Shown here: positions 57,875 through 64,000 of the stretch, piece by piece
Numbering within the stretch: position 1 is the first letter of the stretch
Layout of the letters: the number at the start of each line of letters is the position of its first letter
NCBI GenBank assembly: GCA_944391695.1
Contig: CALXUO010000030.1
Location: 5,100 to 69,099 of the forward strand
Reading direction: 5' to 3'
Source: an uncultured Alphaproteobacteria bacterium
GTDB taxonomy: Bacteria; Pseudomonadota; Alphaproteobacteria; RF32; CAG-239
DNA: 64,000 nucleotides
The notes under the pieces: generated by a model
The model's input: only the letters and a program-made list of their open reading frames with translations
Databases searched by the model: none
What the model was told of the DNA's origin: nothing
Made by a program: the position numbers and the translations under genes

Positions 57875-58292
57875 TTGCTTTGTGCCTTATAATCTTAAAT
57901 TTAATATCTGAGGTAATTTTACTTCTCATCAAGAATAAAACAAAATAATAAGGAATCAAGACAATTATGCCAGATATTCCGCTCTTAAAATCATCGAATC
58001 CTATAAACTGAAGTCCGATAATTGTTGCAACCAACAAAATAAGCGGTATGACATAGGCGTAAATGACTGCTTTTATTCCACCGGTTAGCGATGTTGCAAT
58101 ATCCACCTCCTCGCCTATTTTAAGGGTTGAGGCTTTGGGGTCTTTGATGACAATAATCTTTTCTTTGCTCTCGCTTAAACCGCAAACTCCCTTGGCCAAG
58201 CAAGAAGAACACGCACTTTGGCTTGTTATCTTCAACTCCACAACATCGCCTTTGATACTGATTATGCGAGCCTGATGTCTTATTTCCTCCAT
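57867..58292 (-). CDS. rseC: RseC/MucC-family (SoxR-reducing-system-type) small membrane protein
   Basis: N-terminal 'CSSCLAKGVCG' motif plus two C-terminal TM helices. Immediately upstream of rnfB. Start refined to the ATG with a GAGGA RBS. Confidence 0.65.
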   Translation of the reverse strand: MEEIRHQARIISIKGDVVELKITSQSACSSCLAKGVCGLSESKEKIIVIKDPKASTLKIGEEVDIATSLTGGIKAVIYAYVIPLILLVATIIGLQFIGFDDFKSGISGIIVLIPYYFVLFLMRSKITSDIKFKIIRHKANG

Positions 58293-58296
58293 AAGT

Positions 58297-59298
58297 TTAT
58301 TCCTCAAAAATTGCTTTGGCCGCGCTTGAAAGATTGGGCTTTAGATTATTGTCAAATATTATGACTTTGAGGTCATATTTATTGGCAAAAGCCAAGCCCT
58401 CTTCTACCCCCATGGCCATAATTGCCGTGGCGTAGGCATCGGCGTACATGCAAGAATCGTGAAAAACACTGACCGATAGAGCATCGGTTTGGATTGGACG
58501 ACCTGTCTTATAAGAAATGGTATGGGCCAAAATATTGCCGTCTTGCTTATAAAAATTACGATAGTTGCCTGAGGTGGCAACCGCTAAATTGCTGATTGAA
58601 ACAACCATTACATTGTCATAGGCGCCTGATTGCGGACGATTAATGCCTATATTCCAGGAATCTCCTTGGTCAGAACGTGAACCTCCTACTTTTATTTCTC
58701 CGCCAATTTCTATCATGTAATCATGATATCCTTTGCTTGAAAGAAGCTCGGCAACTTTATCTACCCCGTATCCCTTGGCTATGGCCGAAAGATTGATATA
58801 AGTTGCGGAATCTTTTTTGCGAAGCTGCTTGAAATCTTTTGAAAATACCAATTTGTCAAAACCAGATGTCTTTAGGGCTTGGGTTATTTCTTGAGACGAC
58901 GGATTTTTCATATCTCCGGCGCCAAAACCCCACAAATCTATAAGTTTGCCAAGTGTTGGATCAAACCACCCTTGAGATTGGCGGTTGACTTTTGCCGCCG
59001 CTGCCATAACTTCTGCCATATCTTGAGATAAAGGTATGTCTATTCCTTTATTGCTGCGATTAATTTGCGATATTTCGCTTGTTTCATCAAATACCGACAT
59101 CGACCGGTTTACTTTATCAAGTACTGAGGCAATTTCGGCACTTATATTTTTATCAGGTTTTGCGGTCCTGATTTTTATTGTGTAGTAGGTGCCAAAAATG
59201 TTTCCCTTTATAATCTGCTGGTTGGGAGAATAAAAATATATCCCGATTGCTGATGCTACCACAACAACCAATATTGAAATGTAAGCAAAAATACGCAT
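58297..59298 (-). CDS. apbE: FAD:protein FMN transferase (ApbE)
   Basis: ApbE family protein with signal/TM N-terminus. Expected partner for flavinylation of RnfG and RnfD. Start refined to the second ATG, with an AAGG RBS. Confidence 0.85.
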   Translation of the reverse strand: MRIFAYISILVVVVASAIGIYFYSPNQQIIKGNIFGTYYTIKIRTAKPDKNISAEIASVLDKVNRSMSVFDETSEISQINRSNKGIDIPLSQDMAEVMAAAAKVNRQSQGWFDPTLGKLIDLWGFGAGDMKNPSSQEITQALKTSGFDKLVFSKDFKQLRKKDSATYINLSAIAKGYGVDKVAELLSSKGYHDYMIEIGGEIKVGGSRSDQGDSWNIGINRPQSGAYDNVMVVSISNLAVATSGNYRNFYKQDGNILAHTISYKTGRPIQTDALSVSVFHDSCMYADAYATAIMAMGVEEGLAFANKYDLKVIIFDNNLKPNLSSAAKAIFEE

Positions 59299-59412
59299 AT
59301 TTATACCTTGCATAAATGTGAAGTAGTTTTTTACAAAACATAAAAAATGTTTTATCGTTAACGGGATATAAAGTCAACAACTCAAGTATTTTTATATATA
59401 AGGGGCTATACC

Positions 59413-60108
59413 ATGCTTGATAAAATAATCAATAAATTCAAACTGTTAATCGCAGAATATCGCAATTCTGAATTTTGCAAAAATGCCAAATGCACCAAAG
59501 AGGCTTGGCAGAAAAAAATTAATTCTTGGGGAAAAGAATTATATAAAAACGGAATTAACGCCAACATGATTTCAATCTTTGGTTTTGTTATCGGTATGAT
59601 GGCGATAAACTTTTTGGCTATGAATATGTATTTTGAGGCTTTGATGTGTATCCTGATTAACAGATTTTGCGATGTTTTGGACGGCGCGGTGGCCAGGTGC
59701 GAAAAAGCAAATAAATTCGGCATATTTTTGGATGCTTGTTTGGATTTTATCTTTTACGCCGGAGTTATTTTTGGATTTGCGCTTGCTAATCCGGAAGAAA
59801 ATGCCGTGGCGGCTTGCTTCTTGCTGTTTGGTTTTACGGCTTCGGCCTCGGCTATGTTGGCGTATGGTGTCGTAACATATGACAACAGGGCCCCGAAAGA
59901 ACAAGAGACGCTTGGTGCTTCGCCTTTTTATTTGGGCGGTCTGGCGCAAGGTTTTGAGACTTTGGTTGCTTTTGTGTTGTTATGCATTATGCCGTTTGCC
60001 TTTTTGCCGATTGCCATTGCTTTGGGATGTTGGTGTATTATAAAGGCTTTGATCATAATCTCTTCGGCTTATTATAAACTGGTAATTTTGGAAAAAAGCA
60101 AAAAATAA
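59413..60108 (+). CDS. CDP-alcohol phosphatidyltransferase family protein (PgsA/Pcs-like)
   Basis: 'DVLDGAVAR...G...D...D' motif matches D-x2-DG-x2-AR...G-x3-D-x3-D. Polytopic. Confidence 0.6.
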   Translation: MLDKIINKFKLLIAEYRNSEFCKNAKCTKEAWQKKINSWGKELYKNGINANMISIFGFVIGMMAINFLAMNMYFEALMCILINRFCDVLDGAVARCEKANKFGIFLDACLDFIFYAGVIFGFALANPEENAVAACFLLFGFTASASAMLAYGVVTYDNRAPKEQETLGASPFYLGGLAQGFETLVAFVLLCIMPFAFLPIAIALGCWCIIKALIIISSAYYKLVILEKSKK

Positions 60109-61628
60109 TGAGGTGGCTTTTTGCACTTTTGCTGGTTATTTTCTTATCTCCGTTGCCGACAAAAGCGGCAGACGAAATCAATATAACAACCTTTACACGT
60201 TATGACAAAGACGGGTTGTTTGAAGCGCTGATGGAATTTGATATTAAACCGGAGTGGCACATCTTTGCACCTTATGAACAAGAATTTGGCTCGCCGCTTA
60301 CCATAAAATGGCGTTTGCCCGAGGGTGCAACCATCTTGGAAGAAAGTTTTAGCAAAACTAAGCATTATAATCTGGACGGATTGTCTTTCGACGGGTATGA
60401 AGGAAAGGCTTTTTATAAGACAACCATTAAAACTCTTGAACCTGTTGATAAATTTGAAGCGGTAATTAATTGGCTGGCTTGTAAAGACGAGTGTATCAGA
60501 GGACAAAAGGTGCTGACGATATTGCCGATTGACACCATAGATTTTGACAAGATTATTGATAATGCCAGTAAGAGTTTTGCTGATGAGCAATCTTTGCCCC
60601 CAATAAACTGGTTAATTATTTTGGCAATGGCTTTGGGCGGCGGAATAATTCTTAACCTGATGCCTTGTGTGTTGCCGATTTTGAGCATAAAAATAATATC
60701 CCTGGCCGAAGTGAAAAAAAGAACGCGTCATTTTGAGGCTTGGTTTTATACCTTGGGCGTGGTGATTTCGATGTTGGCAATGGCTACATTATTAATGATT
60801 GTGAGAAAAACCGATGCGGCCGCCAACTGGGGATTTCAAATGCAATCACCGTGGTTCGTCGGAATTATGCTGATTATCTTTATCATTTTAGCCTTGATGA
60901 TGCTTGATATTGTGAATTTTAAATATGCTTGGCTGAATAAGCTCTCGTTATTAAAATTTGACGGGGTGAAAACCAATGCTTTTATGACCGGATTGCTGGC
61001 GGTGTTGATTGCCAGTCCTTGCTCGGCTCCGTTTATGGGGGCTGCTATCGGGTATGCCTTGATGGCTCCGGTTTATATCTATTTTCCGGTATTTTTGGCT
61101 CTGGGGATAGGATATTCCCTGCCCTTTGCGTTGCTGGCTTACTCGCCCAAATTGCTTCATAAAATACTGCCCAAACCCGGTAAATGGATGGTTGTTTTGA
61201 AAAAAATACTCAGCATCCCAATTGTGCTTACTTGTTTGTGGTTGGCATGGATTTTGGCAACACAAACAGGAATTATACAACCTAAAGAAAATGTCGCGTG
61301 GGAAGAATATTCCGGCGACAAAGTCAAAACCGCACTGGCTGATAAACAGCCGGTATTTATTGATTTTACCGCCAAATGGTGTATTACTTGTTTGGTTAAT
61401 AAAAAAGCGGCTTTGCAATCGGATAAATTAAAAAAATTGGCCAAGAAAAAAAATATTTTGTTACTTAGGGCCGATATTACCGATCAAAACGTAATAGCTT
61501 CTGCCGGGCTTAAAAGTTATGGCCGGGCAAGCGTGCCACTTTATATATATTATAACGGCAAATCAACAGATTATGTCGTTTTGCCGCAAATATTGACACC
61601 GCAAATTTTGGAAGAATATTTGCAATAG
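60108..61628 (+). CDS. dsbD: thiol:disulfide interchange protein DsbD-like (signal peptide, N-domain, CcdA-type TM core, C-terminal thioredoxin)
   Basis: TM core with 'LMPCVLPIL' and 'ASPCSAPF' cysteines. C-terminal Trx 'FTAKWCITCLVN'. Confidence 0.8.
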   Translation: MRWLFALLLVIFLSPLPTKAADEINITTFTRYDKDGLFEALMEFDIKPEWHIFAPYEQEFGSPLTIKWRLPEGATILEESFSKTKHYNLDGLSFDGYEGKAFYKTTIKTLEPVDKFEAVINWLACKDECIRGQKVLTILPIDTIDFDKIIDNASKSFADEQSLPPINWLIILAMALGGGIILNLMPCVLPILSIKIISLAEVKKRTRHFEAWFYTLGVVISMLAMATLLMIVRKTDAAANWGFQMQSPWFVGIMLIIFIILALMMLDIVNFKYAWLNKLSLLKFDGVKTNAFMTGLLAVLIASPCSAPFMGAAIGYALMAPVYIYFPVFLALGIGYSLPFALLAYSPKLLHKILPKPGKWMVVLKKILSIPIVLTCLWLAWILATQTGIIQPKENVAWEEYSGDKVKTALADKQPVFIDFTAKWCITCLVNKKAALQSDKLKKLAKKKNILLLRADITDQNVIASAGLKSYGRASVPLYIYYNGKSTDYVVLPQILTPQILEEYLQ

Positions 61629-61693
61629 CTTGGCCTCCCCCTTTTTATTTGGAAGTCAATAATTATATCTTCCGATTAAACGGAGATATAAAA

Positions 61694-62365
61694 ATGAAAT
61701 TATTTAAACATAAAAATACTGATATCAAGAAATTTATTACCGCAATATGGGACTTTTGGACCAGCAAAACCGGAGCGTTTTTGTTGGCGGTATCCGCAAT
61801 TGTCATCGGGTGGTATCAATTTTATATCAATAAACCGATTTTGAAATATGATACCGAAACAATATCTTTTATCTCATCGCAGAACGACAATGACTACAAA
61901 GTAAATGTCCATGGCAAAGAATATAATGACCTATATCTTACAAGAGTAACTTTACAAAACAAAGGCGCCTCGGCCCTGTCAGGGAAAGATGTGTCAAAAA
62001 TCGGGCATAATCCGATAAGAATTGTTGTCCCCGATGATGCCAAGATGGTGCATTTTACTCTGGATAAGACCATAACCACACCTGATTTGACAGCAAGCTT
62101 AAAGAAAATTGACGGTGATTTGGTGATTGAGTTTGACTTTTTGAACTCTGATTATCAAATCGGGGCATCAATTTTGCATGAAAACCCAAATGCCAAATTT
62201 AAGGTTGAAGGAAGCGCGCTTAATGTCAACTCCATCACAAAAGAATGGAGCGACAAGCAAATCAAATTTTGGACATTTTGGATTATGGGCGGATTATATC
62301 TGATATTGGTGGCAGTTTATCTCTACAACCACATCAAAAGAAGATTTAGACTAAAGAGAAACTAG
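61694..62365 (+). CDS. hypothetical membrane protein (TM helices at both termini)
   Basis: ATG 61694 preferred over the upstream extension. No motif recognised. Confidence 0.4.
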   Translation: MKLFKHKNTDIKKFITAIWDFWTSKTGAFLLAVSAIVIGWYQFYINKPILKYDTETISFISSQNDNDYKVNVHGKEYNDLYLTRVTLQNKGASALSGKDVSKIGHNPIRIVVPDDAKMVHFTLDKTITTPDLTASLKKIDGDLVIEFDFLNSDYQIGASILHENPNAKFKVEGSALNVNSITKEWSDKQIKFWTFWIMGGLYLILVAVYLYNHIKRRFRLKRN

Positions 62366-64000
62366 CGACCTTGTGGAATTTTGGCCATGGCTACAGCCCT
62401 ATCCCAAGGCAGAGTTTTGCCAGTGTTCGACTGTGGCTTATTTAAGGCCAGTACTTTTCCGTCTTGCTCGACAATGTTGTATTTGGCAATTAATTCTTTG
62501 GCAATATCAGGATGTAATTGCCCTACTATGCTTTCTTTAATGGTCGAGGCGGTAAATTTGGCTTTAATATCGGCATTAACCTCGGCTAGTTCACGCACGA
62601 CAAAAGTTCTATCGTCGTTTTCTAACGGATTACGAGAGTGTTTATTGGGATACTGGTAATATTTCATATCTTTGCTGCCGATAATATTTTTATTGAGGCA
62701 TAATATGTCGGCCATATTGGCTTCATATAGCCAACCAGTAAAACCGTTGCGGTTAAGCAATCCAAAGTTGCGCTTACCTCCAACATTACGATAATAGGAA
62801 AAAGCTTCACGAACTTTGTAGTCATCATTGACAGCGCAGCAAACTTTGGAACTTTTAAATTTACCTTCGTCATTGTTATAAATGAACATCTCAACCGCCA
62901 ATAATTGCTCTGCCGATAATTCGCGATTGATGTACTTAAGTTGCGGATATACGTATTTTTCCAAATGCCTTTTGACTGCAGCTACGGCCTCATCATGTGT
63001 AACCTTAGTGTTTTTGTTAACCAAAGTACCATCGGCTAATACGCGAGAACCGTATCCTACGGTATATTTGCCGGCCGAACAACGATATGCTTTTTCATGA
63101 TACCCTTCATAGCCGGATAATAAAAAGATAAACTCTTTTTCATATTCTTTGGCGGTTTTGCAGTTTTGATAAAAATTTTCATCGGTGGTATTGTATTTAG
63201 CAAAAAAAGCCTCTTTTGCTTTTTGCTCGGCCAGTTTTTGATCCTCTATTTCTTGTTTTAATCTGATATTATCTTTTATAGCCGGAGTTATTTTCATACC
63301 GCCCCATACACTAAGCGGAATAAGCGCTTTCAACGCTCCTTTGCGAATATAAGGCAATGCTTTTTCATCAATACAGCTTTTAAATTTGTTATCTGCAAAA
63401 CGTAGTTTTTTATCAAGGAGATAATAAACAGCAGCCGGTAAAGCTCCGGCAGTACCAGCCAAAATATTTAGGGTTTGTTCTCCGCTCCATTTGAATGTTT
63501 GAGCCAAACCTTGTCCAATTTTTTTGAAACAATATTTGGTATGGAGCTCGCTAAGATTTTTAATGACCTTCTTGTCAAGAGTTATGGCAAAATGTCGTTG
63601 CGGATGTTCTTTTTGAGCTCTGGCGGTTTTTCTGATGGCCGATAAATATTGGCGCCGTGCTTTTTTGAGCGATTTTGCTATAATTTCCTCTGCTGATAAA
63701 CCTTGTTTCGTTTGCCTAAACGTGGGGCTAATGGAAAATTCCGGGATGATTTCCTTATTCTGAGCATGAGCTAAAATTGTTTTTAGTCTTTCCGAAGGTT
63801 TTATGCCATCTGTTAAAAGCTTAGGTGTGTTCGTTTGAATTTTTTTTATATCTGTTATTTTGACATTAAGCGGTTCTAGCATATCTTGAGAATGACGTTT
63901 GTTATATCTGTCATACCTTTTGTAATGTTCATCTTGGAACGAAAAAAGATCTTCTACAAATTTTTCGGCATCGCCTTTATAGCTGGGAGGTAAAACAAAG
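62362..64000 (-). CDS. large hypothetical protein with a GH24 (phage/T4-type) lysozyme-like domain; 5' end beyond the window
   Basis: 'EGYHEKAYRCSAGKYTVGYGS' matches the GH24 catalytic Glu and Y-[RK]-[CD]-xxG-x-[WY]-TVG-[YH]-G motif. The reading frame stays open upstream of the ORF-track start (63882) to nt 64000, so the gene is truncated by the window. Confidence 0.6.
   Translation of the reverse strand, partial: FVLPPSYKGDAEKFVEDLFSFQDEHYKRYDRYNKRHSQDMLEPLNVKITDIKKIQTNTPKLLTDGIKPSERLKTILAHAQNKEIIPEFSISPTFRQTKQGLSAEEIIAKSLKKARRQYLSAIRKTARAQKEHPQRHFAITLDKKVIKNLSELHTKYCFKKIGQGLAQTFKWSGEQTLNILAGTAGALPAAVYYLLDKKLRFADNKFKSCIDEKALPYIRKGALKALIPLSVWGGMKITPAIKDNIRLKQEIEDQKLAEQKAKEAFFAKYNTTDENFYQNCKTAKEYEKEFIFLLSGYEGYHEKAYRCSAGKYTVGYGSRVLADGTLVNKNTKVTHDEAVAAVKRHLEKYVYPQLKYINRELSAEQLLAVEMFIYNNDEGKFKSSKVCCAVNDDYKVREAFSYYRNVGGKRNFGLLNRNGFTGWLYEANMADILCLNKNIIGSKDMKYYQYPNKHSRNPLENDDRTFVVRELAEVNADIKAKFTASTIKESIVGQLHPDIAKELIAKYNIVEQDGKVLALNKPQSNTGKTLPWDRAVAMAKIPQGR

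Overview
The window is low-GC, gene-dense chromosomal DNA, most likely from a strictly anaerobic, fermentative alphaproteobacterium that may be a reduced-genome symbiont. The alphaproteobacterial assignment is an inference from protein families: long-form ribosomal protein S4, RecO and ParC, a eukaryote/archaeal-type ProRS, and dusB-trkA-hfq-hflX synteny with the usual ntrBC/ntrYX pairs absent. I call about 60 CDS and one tRNA-Pro(UGG); no rRNA, CRISPR array or transposase was seen.

Main blocks, in order:
- 1-12880 (+): a GldG-like transporter tail, a DUF4340-like protein, a PAS histidine kinase, an MsbA-like exporter, adhE, then an H2-sensing [FeFe]-hydrogenase cassette. The cassette is Trx-like ferredoxin, PAS-hydrogenase HydS, PP2C phosphatase, a second Trx-like ferredoxin and catalytic HydA, closed by a clear terminator.
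- 12961-19122: proS, cspA, a rubrerythrin-PerR / flavodiiron oxidative-stress island with a Fur-type box in the divergent promoter, kdsA and recO.
- 19125-28522: parC; an unannotated 59-aa ORF; a giant 1391-aa membrane-anchored coiled-coil protein with an internal duplication of about 385 aa, which is the most novel object here; dusB and trkA.
- 28599-30255: hfq with a sigma-70-like promoter, hflX and tRNA-Pro.
- 30311-34100: an AT-rich block carrying an RNHCP protein, Hsp20, a CNNM transporter and a BspA-type LRR protein.
- 36171-42663: rpsD, then a terminator-bounded four-gene operon: 5-TM protein with acidic tail, yejE, yejF, small membrane protein.
- 42700-52918: housekeeping genes, mixed strands.
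- 52980-59298 (-): a complete apbE-rseC-rnfBCDGEA operon.
- 59413-64000: a CDP-alcohol phosphatidyltransferase, dsbD, a hypothetical membrane protein, and a large lysozyme-like (GH24) protein that runs off the window end.

Coordinates of CDS follow the ORF track, with starts refined from RBS and homology where stated. Coordinates of non-CDS features are by-eye and may be off by a nucleotide or two.
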